Below are positions 51,764-64,000 of a stretch of DNA of 64,000 bases, in pieces; position 1 is the stretch's first letter, and every line of letters starts with the position of its first letter. A model generated the notes under the pieces. It saw only the letters and a list, made by a program, of their open reading frames with translations. It ran no database searches and had not been told where the DNA came from. This DNA comes from Felis catus (Eukaryota). The DNA lies in contig NC_058368.1 in NCBI RefSeq assembly GCF_018350175.1, positions 20,152,001 to 20,216,000 on the forward strand, in the 5' to 3' direction. The translations under genes and the position numbers were made by a program.

Positions 51764-54355
51764 ATGCCAGTATCCTACTGTTTTGATTACTATTGTTTTA
51801 TACTTTCTTCAAAATGAAGAAGGGTGATGCCTCCAGTTTTGTTCTTGTTTCTCAAGATTATCGTTTGGCTATTTGGGGTATTTTGTGGTTCCGTGAAAAT
51901 TTTATGATTTTCTACTTCTGGAAAAATTGCCATTGTATACCTAATAGAGATTTCATCAAATCTATAGATGGCTGTTGGTAGTATTGACGTTTTAACAAAA
52001 TTCTTCCAGTCCATGAGCATGGGATACATTTCCATTTATTTTATTTTATTTTATTATTTTTTTTTTTAAATTTTTTTTTCAGCGTTTTTATTTATTTTTG
52101 GGACAGAGAGAGACAGAGCATGAACGGGGGAGGGGCAGAGAGAGAGGGAGACACAGAATCGGAAACAGGCTCCAGGCTCCGAGCCATCAGCCCAGAGCCT
52201 GACGCGGGGCTCGAACTCACGGACCGCGAGATCGTGACCTGGCTGAAGTCGGACGCTTAACCGACTGCGCCACCCAGGCGCCCCACATTTCCATTTCTTT
52301 GTGTCTTCTTCAGTTTATTTCATCAATGTTTTGTACTTTTAAATATAGCGATCTTTCACTTCCTTGGTTAAATTTCTTCCTAAATGTTTAATTGTTTTTG
52401 ATGTTATTGTAAATGAGATCATTTTTTCTTTTTTCTTTTTCAGATAATTTGTTGTTAGTATATAGAAATGCTATTGATTTTTATATGTGAATTTTGTTCC
52501 TGCAACTTTACTGAATTCATTGATTAGCTCTAACAGTTTTTTTGGTATTTAGGATTTTCTATATATAAAATAATGTTATCTGCAACAGTGACAGTTTTCT
52601 TTCTTTCCAATTCTGATGCCTTCATTTCTTTTCTTTTCCTGATTGCTCCAGCTAAGACTTTCAGTATTATGTTAAATAAAAGTGGCAAGAATAGGCATTC
52701 TTGTCTTATTCCTGATCTTAGAGGAAAAGTTTTCAGTTTTTTACCATTGCTTATGTTAGCTGTGAGCTTGCCATATATGGCCTTTATTGTGTTGAGGTAT
52801 ATCCCCTTATACTTAGTTTGTTGAGAGTTTTTTTCTTCTTTTTTATCATGAGTGTTGAATTTTGCCTAATGCCTTTTCTACGTCTATTAAAGTGAAAGAT
52901 AAAAATCATATGATCTATTAATGTATAACATTGATTTTGTGGATGTTGAGTCATATTTGAATTCCTAGCGTAAATCCCACTTGATCATGATGTATGATCC
53001 TTTTAATGTATTTATTTGGTTTGCTAATATTTGTTGAGGATATTGGCATCAATGCTCCTCAGAAATGTTAACCTAAATTTTTCTTTTTTGTAGTGTCCTT
53101 CTCTGGTTTTGAGATCAGGGTAATGCTAGACTCTTAAAATGAGTTTGGGAATATTTTCTCCTCTTCTGGTTTTTTTGTTTTTTTGTTTGTTTGTTTGTTT
53201 GTTTGTTTTTTAGAAGAGTTTTTTAGAAAGATTAGTTTAAATTTTTTCTTTAAATGCTTGGAAGAATTCATCAATGGAACCATATGGTCCTGGACTTTTG
53301 TTTGTTGATCTGATCTCTTTACTAATAACCCAGTCTGTTTACATTTTCTACTTCTTTCTAGTACAATCTTGGTAGGTTTCACATTTCTAGGAATTTACCC
53401 ATTTCTTGTTGGTTGTCCAACTTCTTGGTATATAATTTTTCCTGGTCTCTTAGGTATCTTTGTATCCTTTTTATCTGTGTATCCTTTGTAATGTTTCCGC
53501 TTTAATTTGAGTTTGAGTCTTCTCTTTTTTAAGTCTAGCTAAAGATGTCTCATTTTTTTTTTAATCTTTATAAAACAAGCTCCTGGTTTCATTGACTTTT
53601 TTTTCTATTTTCTTTTTGTCTGTATCTAATTTATTCTCTGACCTTTATTATTTCTTTCATGCTAACTTTGTGCTAGTTTGTCCTTGTTTTTCTAGTTCCT
53701 TGAGGTGTGAAGTTAGGTTTTTATTTGAGTTTTGTGTTTATTACTATGAACTTTCCTCTTAGAACTGCTTTTGCAGTCTCCCATAATTTTGGTATGCTGT
53801 ATTTCCGTTTTCATTTGTCTCCAGGTATTTTTTTAGAATTATCTGTTTGAATACTTTGATTTATGGGTTGTTCATTAGCATGCTGTTTAATCTCCACTAA
53901 TCTGTGAATTTTTCAACCTTCTAGTAATTGATTTCTAGTTTTCTACCATTGTGGTTGGGAAAGATGCTTGATATGATTTCAGTCTTAAATTTACTGAGAC
54001 TTGTTTTGTGGTCTAACATATGATCTATCCTAGAGAATATTTCATGAGCACTTGAGAAGAGTGTATATTTTGCTGCTGTTGGATAGAATGTTTTGTAAAC
54101 ACCTGTGAGGTCCATCTGGTCTAAAGTAGACTTTAAATCCTATGTTTCCTCATTAATTTTTTTGTCTGGATAATTTATCCATTGTTGGAAGTGGGGTATT
54201 GAAGTCCTCTATTATTGCACAGCTGTTTATTTCTCCCTCCTGATCGGTTACTATTTGCTTTATATATTTAGGTGTTCTTCTTTTGGGTGTTAAGTATTTA
54301 TGAATGTTACACTCTTGCTGCTTTGACAGATTTATCAGTATATAGTGACTTTTGT
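50180..54355 (-). mobile_element. Older degenerate L1 (3' UTR through the ORF2 endonuclease region)
   Basis: EN remnant KYTLFSSAHEIFSRIDH at 53921-54115; many frameshifts. Confidence 0.8.
52038..52284 (-). mobile_element. Young SINEC_Fc
   Basis: TSD ACATTTCCATTT at 52026-52037 and 52285-52296; CpGs intact. Confidence 0.95.
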
Positions 54356-54374
54356 CTCTCTCTCTCTCTCTCTC

Positions 54375-54789
54375 TTTTTAAAAGTTAAATTCAAGTTAGT
54401 TAATACACTGTGTAGTATTGGTTACAGGAGTAGAACCCAGTGATTCATCACTTACGTATAATACTCAGTGCTTACCCCAACAAGTGCCCTCCTTAATGCC
54501 CATCATCCATTTAGCGCCTCCCCCACCCACCTTCCCTCCAGCAACCCTCAGTTCTCTGAATTTAAGAGTCTCCTATGGTTTGCCTCCCTCTCCATTTTTA
54601 TCTTCTTTTTCCTTCCCTTCCCCTATGTGCATTTGTTTTGTTTCTTAAATTCCACATACAGGTGAAATCAAATCATTTCTTCCTCCAACTGACTCATTTC
54701 TCTTAGCAAGATACACTCTAGTTCCATCCACATTGTTGCAAATGGCAAGATTTCATTCTTTTTGATCACCAAGTAATATTCCGTTGTGT

Positions 54790-54833
<44 letters not shown>

Positions 54834-56631
54834 ACCACATCTCTTTTTTCAGAGGGAGGGAGGGAGAGAGAGTGTGTGCAAGTGAGAGAGGGGCAGAGAA
54901 AGAGAGTCCCAGGAGAGGCAGAGGGAAAGGGAGAGAGAAGTGGGGCTTGAGCTCCCAAACTGTGAGATCATGACCTGAGCTGAAGTCAAATGTTAAATGA
55001 CTGAGCCACCCAAAGACCTATACCATATCTTCTTTATACATTCATCAGCTGATAAACATTTGGGCTCTTTCCCTAATTGGAATATTATTGATAGTGCTGC
55101 TATAAACATTGGGGAGCATGTGTCCCTTCAACTCAGCATTTTTGTACCCTTTGGATAAATACCTAGTAGTGCAATTGCTGGGTTGTAGGATAGTTCTATT
55201 TTTTTCCCTCCAGGGTACATTTACTTAATTTTTTAAAAATTTATTCTCAAGTTAACATACTGTGTAGTCTTGGCTTCAGGAGTAGAAACATCACATATTT
55301 TCCCCACCCCCCATCAACTCTGTTTGCTCTCTGTACTTAAAGTCTCTTTAAGGTTTTGCCTCCCTCTTTGTTTTTATCTTATTTTTCCTTCCCTTCCCCT
55401 ATAATCATCTGTTAAGTTTCTCAAATTCCACATATGCATGAAATCATGTGATATGTCTTTCTCTGACTTATTTTGCTTACCATAATGCCTTCCAGTTCCA
55501 TCCATGGTGTTGCAAATGGCAAGATTTCATTCCTTTTCATCGCTGAGTGGTATTCCATTGCATATATATATATATATACACATCTTCTTGGAATATACAC
55601 ATTCCATTGCATATATGCACATCTTAATTCATTCATCAGTTGATGGACACTTGGACTCTCTCCATAATTTGGCTATTGTTGATAGCATTTCTATAAACAT
55701 TGGGGTGCATGTGCCCCTTTAAATCAGCACCCCTGTATCCTTTGGATAAATTCCTAGTAGTGTCATTGCTGCGTCATAAGGTAATTCTATTTTTAATTAT
55801 TTGAGGAACTTCCACACTGTTTTCCAGAGTGGCTGCACCAGTTTGCATTCCCACCAGCAGTGCAAGAGGATTTCCCTTTCTCCGCATCCTTACCAGCATC
55901 TGTTGTTCCCTGACTTGTTAGTTTTAGCCACTCTGACTGGTGTGAGGTGAGGTCTCAGTGTAGTTTTGTTTTGTATTTCCCTGATGATGAGTGATGTTGA
56001 TCATCTTTTCATGTGTCTGTTGGCCATCTGGATGTATTCTTTGGAAAAGTCTCTATTCGTGTATTTTGCCTATTTCTTCACTGGATTATTTGTTTTTAGG
56101 GTGTTGAGTTTGGTAAGTTCTTTATAGATTTTTGACACTAACCCTTTATTGGATAGATCATTTGCAAATATCTTCTCCCATTCTGTTGGATGCCTTTTAG
56201 TTTTGTTATTTTCTTTACTGTGCAGAGGTTTTGTTATCCTAAACAATTTTTTTTTTTAATGTTTGGTTATTTTTGAGAGAGAGAGTGCGAGCCGGGGAGA
56301 GGCAGAGAGAGCGGGGACACAGAAGCTGAAGCAGACTCCTGGCTCTGCTTTTAGCACAGCGCCCAACTTGGGGCTTGAACCCATGAAAGTTTTTACCTTG
56401 ATGAGGTCCCAATAGCTCATTTTTACTTTTATTTCTCTTGCCTTCAGAGACCTATCAAGTAAGAAGTTGCTGCAACCCAGGTTAAAGAGGTTGCTTCCTG
56501 TTTTCTTCTGTAGGATTTTGATGGTTTCCTGTCTTACATTTAGATCCTTCATCCATTTTGAATTTATTGTTGTGTATGGTGTAAGAAAGTGGTCCAGGTT
56601 CATTCTTTTTTTTTTTTTAATGTTTACTTTT

Positions 56632-56699
<68 letters not shown>

Positions 56700-59600
56700 A
56701 CACACATGAGCAAGCGGGGGAGGGGCAGAGACAGATGGAGACATAGAATCCGAACAGGCTCCAGGCTCTGAGCTGTCAGCACAGAGCCCGATGCGGGGCT
56801 TGAACTCACAAACCGTGAGATCATGACCCAAGCGGAAGGCAGACACTTAACCGACTGAGCCATCCAGGTGCCCCAGTCCAGGTTCTACTTTATGTTGCTG
56901 TCCAGTTCTCCCAGCACCATTTGCTAAAGAGACTGCCTTTTTTCTATTGGATATTCTTTCCTGCTTTGTTGAAGTTTAGCTGGCCATATATTTGTGAGCC
57001 CATTTCTGAGTTCTCTATTCTGTTCCATTGATCTATCTGCCTGCTTTTGTGCTAATACCATACTGTCTTGATGATTACAGCTTTGTAATATGGGTTAAAG
57101 TCTGGGATTGTAATGCCTCCAGCTTTGGTTTTCTTTTTCAACATTACTTTGGTTATTCGGGGTCTTTTGCGGTTCCACACAAATTTTAGAATTGTTTGTT
57201 CTGTGAAGAATGCTGGTGTTTTGATGGGTATTGCATTGAATATGTAGATTTGTTAAAAAAAATTAACAATATTTGTTCTTCCAGTCCATGAGCATGGAAT
57301 GTTTTTCCATTTCTTTGTGTTGTCTTCAATTTCTTTCACAAGCTTTCTATAGTTTTCAGCGTACAGATCTTTTACCTCTTTGATTAGGTTTATTCCTAGG
57401 GATTTTATGGTTTTTGCTGAAATTGTAAATGGGATTAATTCCCCGATATCTCTTTATGTTGCTCCATTATTGGTGTATAGAAATGCAACAGATTTCTGTA
57501 CATTGATTTTTATATCCCGTGACTTTACTGAATTCTAGGATCAGCTCTGGCAGTTTTTTGGTGGAGTCTTTCAGGTTTTCCACGTAGAGTATCATGTCAT
57601 TTGCGAAAAGTGAAAGTTTGACTTCTTTGCCAATTTGGATGCCTTTTATTTCATTTTGTTGTCTGATTGCTGAGGTTAGGATCTCCAACACTATGTTAAA
57701 CAGTGGTGAGAGTGGACATCTCTGCTGTGTTCCTGATCTCGGGGGGAAAGCTCTCAGTTTTTCCCCATTGAGGATGATATTAGCTGTGGGCCTTTCATAT
57801 ATGGCTTTTATGATGTTAAGGTATGTTCCTTCTATCCTGACTTTCTGAGGGTTTTTATTAAGAAAAATGCTGTATTTTGGGGCACCTAGATGGCTCAGTC
57901 AGTTGGGCATCTGACTTCAGCTCAGGTCAGGGTCTCATGGTTCGTAAGTTCGGGCTCTGCGTTGGGCTCTGTGCTGACAGCTCAGAGCCTGGAGCCTGCT
58001 TTGGATTCTGTGTCTCCCTCTCTCTCTGTCCCTCCCCTGCTCGTACTCTGTCTCTCCCAAAAATAAATAAACATTAAAAAAAAAGATGCTGTATTTTGTC
58101 AGATGCTTTTTCTGCATCTATTGACAGGATCGTGTGGTTCTTATCCTTTCTTTTATTAATGTGGTGTATCATGCTGATTGATTTGTGGATATTGAACCAG
58201 CCCTGCAGCCCAGGAATAAACCCCACTTGATCATGGTGAATAATTCTTTTAATGTACTATTGAATTCGATTTGCTAGTATCTTGAGAATTTTTGCATCCA
58301 GGTGCATCAGGGATATTGGCCTGTAATTCTCCCTTTTAGTGGGTTTTTGTCTGGTTTTGCAATCAAGGTAACACTGGCTTCATAGAAGGAGTTTGGAAGC
58401 TTTATTTCCATTTTATTTTTTTTATTTTTTGGAATAGTTTGAGAAGAATAGATATTCTTCTTGAAATGTCTGGTAGAGTTCCCTTGGGAAGCCATCTGGT
58501 CCAGGACTCTTGTTTGTTGGTAGATTTTTGATAACTGATTCAATTTTCTATTTCTTGCTGTTTGAGTTTTGGGTAGTATGTGAGTGTCTAGAAATTTGCG
58601 CGTTTCTTCCAGATTGCCCAGTTTGTTGGTATGTAATTTTTTATAGTGTTCTCTTGTAATCGCTTGTATTTCTGTGATGTTGGTTGTGATCTCTCCTCTT
58701 TTGTTTGTGATTTTATCTATTTGTGTCCTTTCCTTGATAAGTTTGGCTAGGGGTTTATTAATTTTGTATATTTTTTCTTCACTGATCTGTTGTACTGCTT
58801 TTTTTTTTTTTTTTTTAATTTTTTTTTCAACGTTTATTTATTTTTGGGACAGAGAGAGACAGAGCATGAACGGGGGAGGGGCAGAGAGAGAGAGGGAGAC
58901 ACAGAATCGGAAACAGGCTCCAGGCTCTGAGCCATCAGCCCAGAGCCTGACGCAGGGCTCGAACTCCCGGACCACGAGATCGTGACCTGGCTGAAGTCGG
59001 ACGCTTAACCGACTGCGCCACCCAGGCGCCCCTGTTGTACTGCTTTTTGTTGTTGTTTCTGTGTCATTTATTTCTGTTCCAGTCTTTATTATTTCCTTTA
59101 TTCTGCTGGCGTTAGGCTTTATTTGCTGCTCCTTTGAGATCTCCTTTAGGTATAAGGTTACTTTGTATATTTGGGACCTTTCTGGCTTCTTGAGATAGGC
59201 CTGGATTACAATGTACTTTCCTCTTAGGACTGTCTTTGCTGCATTCCAAAGGATTTGGACTGTCATATTTTCATTTTCATTTGCTTCCATGTATTTTTTA
59301 ATTTCTTATTTCACCCATTCATTTTTTAGTAGAATATTCTTTAACCTCCATGTATTTGAGAGCTTTCCATATTTTTTCTTGTGGTCGATTTCAAGTTTCA
59401 TAGTGCTGTGATCTGAAAATATGCATGGTATGATCTCGATCTTTTTGTAACTATTGAGGGCTGATATGTGACCCAGTATGTGATCCGTTCTGGAGAATGT
59501 TCCATGTGCACTTGGGAAGAATGTGTATTCTGCTGCTTTAGGATGAAATGTTCTGAATATATCTGTTAAGTCCATCCGGTCCAGTGTGTCTTTCAAAGCC

Positions 59601-60970
59601 GTTGTTTCCTTGTTGATTTTCTGCCTAGATGATCTGTCAATTGTTGTACATGGGGTATTAAAGTCCCCTGCTATTATGGTATTATTATAAATGCATTTCT
59701 CTATGTTTCTTATTAATTGATTTATATATTTGGGTGTTTCAAGTTGGGGGCATAAATATTTACAATTGTTGGATCTTCTTGATGGATAGATCCCTTAATT
59801 ATGATATAATACCTTTCTTCATCCTTGTTGCAGCCTTGTTTTAAAATCTAGTTTGTCTTATATAAGTATGGCTATTCCGGGTTTCTTTTGACCTCCATTA
59901 GCATGATCAATGGTTTTCTATCCCTTCACTTACAATCTGCAGGTATCTTTAGGTCTAAAGTTAGTCTCTTGCAAGCAGCATATAGATGGATCTCAGGTTT
60001 TTATCCATTCTAATACCCTATGTCTTTTGATTGGAGCATTTAGTCTATATATATTCGAGTGATTATTGAAAGATACGAATTTAGTGCCATTGTGTTGTCT
60101 GTAGAGTTGGTGTTTCTGGTGATGTTCTCTGGTCCTTGGTATTCTTTGTTGCTTTGGTCTTCTTTTTTTTTCTCTACTCAAAGAGCCCCCCCACCCCCAC
60201 CCTTAACATTTCTTGCAGGGCTGGTTTAGTGGTCACAAACTCCGTTAGTTTTTGTTTGTCTGGGAAACTCTCTCTCCTTCTGTTCTGAATGACAGCCTTG
60301 CTGGATAAAGAATTCTTGGCTGCATATTTTTCCCATTTAGCACATTGAATATTTCCTGCCACTACCTTCTGGCCTGCCAAATTTTCAGTGGACAGGCCTG
60401 CTGCTAGCCTTATTGGTCTACTCTAGTCAGTTAAGGACCTTTTGTCCCTACCTGCTTTCAGAATTCTCTATCTTTGTATTTTGCAAGATTCACTATGTTA
60501 TGTCATGGTGTTGACCTGTTTTTGTTGATTTTGAGGGGAGTTCTCTGTGCCTCTGGGACTTGAATGCCTGTTTCCTTCCACAGATTAGGGAAGTTCTCAG
60601 CTATAATTTGTTCAAATAAACCTTATGCCCCCTTTTCCCACTTTTCTTCTTCTGGGACTCATATAGATATTGTTTTGTTTTATGGAATCACTAAGTTTTC
60701 TAAGTATCCCCTCATGATCTAATAATTTCCTTTCCTTCTTTCAGCTGCATTATTTTCCATAATTTTATCTGCTTTATCACCTATTTTTGCCTCAATCTTT
60801 GTTGTGACTATATTTGGTTAGTTTTGCATCTTAGTTTAGTCTTTTTTGTTTTAGCCTGACTAGTTTTTAGGTCTTTGATCTCTGCAGCAAGGGTTTCTCT
60901 AGTGTCTTCTATGCTTTTTTTTCAAGCCCAGCTAGTAGTCTTATGATTGTTGTTCTAAATTCTTGTCCAC
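54375..60970 (-). mobile_element. Carnivore/felid L1 with two tandem 3' ends, then degenerate ORF2 and ORF1; nested SINEs (~54845-55018, ~56605-56874, 57879-58085 on +, 58804-59032)
   Basis: ORF2 fragments (RT motif [10 protein letters not shown] 57467-57691; EN AEYTFFPSAHGTFSRTDH 59306-59596) and ORF1 C-terminus (SFPDKQKLTEFVTTKPALQEML 60174-60380). Confidence 0.85.
58804..59032 (-). mobile_element. Young SINEC_Fc
   Basis: TSD TGTTGTACTGCTTTTT at 58788-58803 and 59033-59048. Confidence 0.95.
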
Positions 60971-60974
60971 ACTT

Positions 60975-61860
60975 AGATACAGGATGATTAGAAGCCAGAC
61001 CTTCAGGCAGCAACTTTTAAAGTATGCAAATAGACCTCTTTTAGGGAAAGGCAGGTTGGGTATATCTGTCTTTTCCCTCTCTACTGAGCATTGGGGAGTA
61101 GCAGGTTAAAAAGTATTTCTTTTCTACTATTCTGTTGGATCTGGAACTCAGATCTTAGTGGCCACCAGAGTCCTACTGTAAATGGGTGTACCCCTTGGGC
61201 AGCAGCCACAAAAGGGCCACACATGTGTTTACAAGTTCTCTTCAGGATGACACCAGTGTTCTAGAACTGGACAGGGGAGAGTAGGAAGATGGTGTCTGCC
61301 AGCCTTCCCAATCTCTAGGGAGTATTGCAGACTGTCGCTGGATATATGCCTGACCCTCAGGCAGCAAATTTTAAAGTAAGCAAGTAGACTTATTTCCAGG
61401 AAAGGCTGAGAGCTAGGCATATCTGTCTGGCTCTGCACTGAGCCCTAGGGTGTGGGATAAGCTTGGTGAAGTCTTGCAAGCCTATTAACTGTTTGCTTCA
61501 GTCTTGTGGATGCAAATTGTGTTGGCTTTCAGACGTAAATGTTTTGGGGTCCCATCCCTACAGTGGACATCTTAAAAGCTAAGAGACTAACTGTGGGTCC
61601 TAAACCTTCACTCAATGAGAAGCTGGGAATTGTGGGTTCACTCCCGATTATGTTGTGCCAGGAGTGGGGCTTATGGTGAGTGTGTCTTAATGTTTCCTAC
61701 TTAGGTCAGTGTGGGGTTTTCTAATTCACTGAATGTATAAGAGTCACTCATCTAGTTTCTGGATTTCTTTCAGATGGAATTATTCAATGTGTAGTTATAG
61801 ATTCGGTATGTTCATGGAGGAGGTGAGTTCAAGAGCTTTCTATATTGCCCTCTTGGAGGG
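60975..61860 (-). mobile_element. L1 5' UTR remnant
   Basis: 61765-61858 resembles the 5' terminus at 49900-49990 (ggaggaggtgagttcaag vs ggaggtagtgagtttgag). Confidence 0.65.
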
Positions 61861-62526
61861 GAACCTCTGAATTTTTGTTTATAATAGTTTGGGTTCTTTC
61901 AGTTTTTCCATGTGAACAATGTTATAATCTGCAAATAGTTATTTTATCTCCTCTATTCCAATTTTTATACCTCCATTTTTTCCCTACTGGTTGATTGTAT
62001 TGGCTGGTGCCCCAGAACACTGCTAAATAATTGAGGTTATAGTGGATGATCTTGTCTTGTTTCTGACCTTTACTGAGAATTCTTCTACTATGTCCTAATT
62101 AAGCTGACTTTTGGGCTGAGGGAGGGAGGGAGGAAGGGAGAGGAGGCAGAAGGAGAAGAAGGGGTTATTTTGTTATCTTAAAGAAGTGTACATCTATTTC
62201 TTTAATGAAGGTTTTATATCAATAATAAGCAGTGATGAAATACACAGCCTGGCTGTGTAGTAGAGTGAATAAGCATTTGATTGAGACATCTGATTTGAAA
62301 TGAATCTTCCTTTACCAGTCATGGCACAGCAAATCTTCCTGGTATATACAACTATGAGGCCTCTACTTTGTGTCACTAGAGAACCAAGAGAATCTCTTTA
62401 TGTATTACTCACTGTGCCTCACCTGCCTCTCCCAACCAGTGGTGAGAAGCATGAACACTGCTCAGAAGTATTGTTATCAAAGGAAAGAAATGGTTGCAAA
62501 GGAGCAAAGGAATGATTGAATGTTGG

Positions 62527-63033
62527 TGTATTAGTGTCCTATTGCTGCTGTAACAAGCGCAAATTTAGCAGCTTAAAACAACTCAATCTTACTTTCTTAT
62601 AGTTCTACAATTCAGAAGTCTGAAATGGATCCCACTGGGCTAAAGTCAAGGTGTTGCCAGGGCCGTGTTCCTCCATGGAGGCTCAGGAGAGAATCTGTTT
62701 TCTTTCCAGCTTCTACATGTTGTCTCCATTTTTTGACTCATGGGTCCACTTCTTCATCTTCAAAGCCAGCAACATGGCATATCCCTGATCATGCTTCTAC
62801 AATCAACTTTTTCTCTGATTCTCTTCGTCTGCCTCTTCCTTCCACTTTCAAGGCCCATTGTGACTATATTGGGGCCCATATACCCCAATACTGGGGCCCA
62901 CCCCAGCATTAGGTTCATTTAGTTTCCAACCTTAACTCCAGCTGCAACCTTAATTCCCCTTTGCATGTAACCCAACACACTCAGCAGGTCCAGAGATGAG
63001 GACATCTTTGGGGATCATTTTTCTGCCTACCAT
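62527..63033. mobile_element. MaLR solo LTR (MLT1D-like)
   Basis: tgtattagtgtcctattgctgctgtaacaa...gggctaaagtcaaggtgt...ttctgcctacca. Confidence 0.85.
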
Positions 63034-64000
63034 CGGTGGCATACATTTAGGGAGGGTCTGTGGACTCTGAATGGAGGCGACCAAAACTAAGGGAACTACA
63101 TGAAAAGGAGAGAAGGTGACTAGCGTTGAGGGATGACCGAGTTCTGGTACACTGTGCAAACCAGAAGCCATATGAGCCAAGCCAATGCCTATAGACCCTC
63201 CACTGACTTTTAACAAAAATTAATAAATTTTATTTCTTTGGACCATCTTACATTTATAGCAAAGTTGGCAGAAAATACAAAGAGTTCACATCTAATCCAC
63301 ATCCGCATACATGTACAGTCTCAACTGACTTTGAGGGAGCCCTACATGTCCCCTGTGCTGAGGGAGAGGTGATGGTTGTCCTTGTCACCAATATTTGGGG
63401 TGAAGTGGATGTGATGCCTGCTCTGGCCTTGATCAGATTCAATTTTGGCTTCTGTATGTGGCCACCCCTTTTTCCAATGACCCAAGGTACTTTCAGGACC
63501 CTGAAACAGAAGATAGGATCCTTAATGACTAGGGGGAGCAGAGACAGTAGTGCTGGAGAAAAAGTCCCCAACATCAGTATCGGTGAAGATAATTTCTATG
63601 GCACTCATACCAACGTTTAGATTCTTACTTTCCTTTGCTTTATATCAGATAAAGGCAGAATGCAATAACATGTCAAATAATTATCCAATCTGTTATGCCG
63701 AGGTGACATTTGGCTGGTTTGAATGGTTGTGGCTTGGAACTGCCGGTACCAGCCAACTGCCAGTGGCTTGGGACTCAAAGGCCAAATCAGGCCTGGGAAG
63801 TGGGTTTAGGATTCTCTGTAGTACGAACGGATTTGACTTGGATAAAATTCAAATGTATCGAAGTTGAGGGCCTGGCAGGGTCTAAGTGATCCCAGGGGGA
63901 GGGCTGAAGAGCCAGACCCTTTGTTTGATGACTTGGCCACATGGGGTCATATACGTGAAGGGCCAAGCTGGCTTCAGCGAGCTTCCCATGGGAGCTGCCT

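Noticed and set aside
41335..61860. Retrotransposition-competent L1
   Set aside because: The long copies have many stops, frameshifts and SINE insertions; the only clean copy is 5'-truncated.
63254..63867. Cluster of 83-106 aa ORFs at the window end
   Set aside because: No recognisable motifs or clear splice structure; cannot be assigned.

Overview
Mammalian genomic DNA, almost certainly from a felid: it is dense in tRNA-derived Can-SINEs of the SINEC_Fc type and in carnivore L1s. The only host protein-coding sequence I can support is the first coding exon of SERPINE3 (minus strand, 2503->2248), with a candidate non-coding first exon and TATA-like element near 4.2-4.3 kb. The remaining ~60 kb is upstream intergenic DNA. 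About 4-33 kb mixes unique sequence with ancient repeats (MIR, L2, MaLR/ERVL LTRs, hAT MITEs) and contains an orphan promoter-like motif cluster at ~21.3-21.5 kb. About 33-62 kb is a co-oriented, nested stack of L1s and SINEs. Nearly all ORFs in the track are spurious or repeat-derived. I found no convincing novel gene system. The most notable signals are fine-scale: a 39-bp segment apparently copied from 2 kb away into an L1 ORF in frame, a triplicated 16-bp target site used by both a SINE and a young L1, a microinversion and several template-switch scars, a 27-bp E-box/AP-1/E-box nested palindrome, and the orphan promoter. Repeat family names are from recall of consensus sequences, not a database search.
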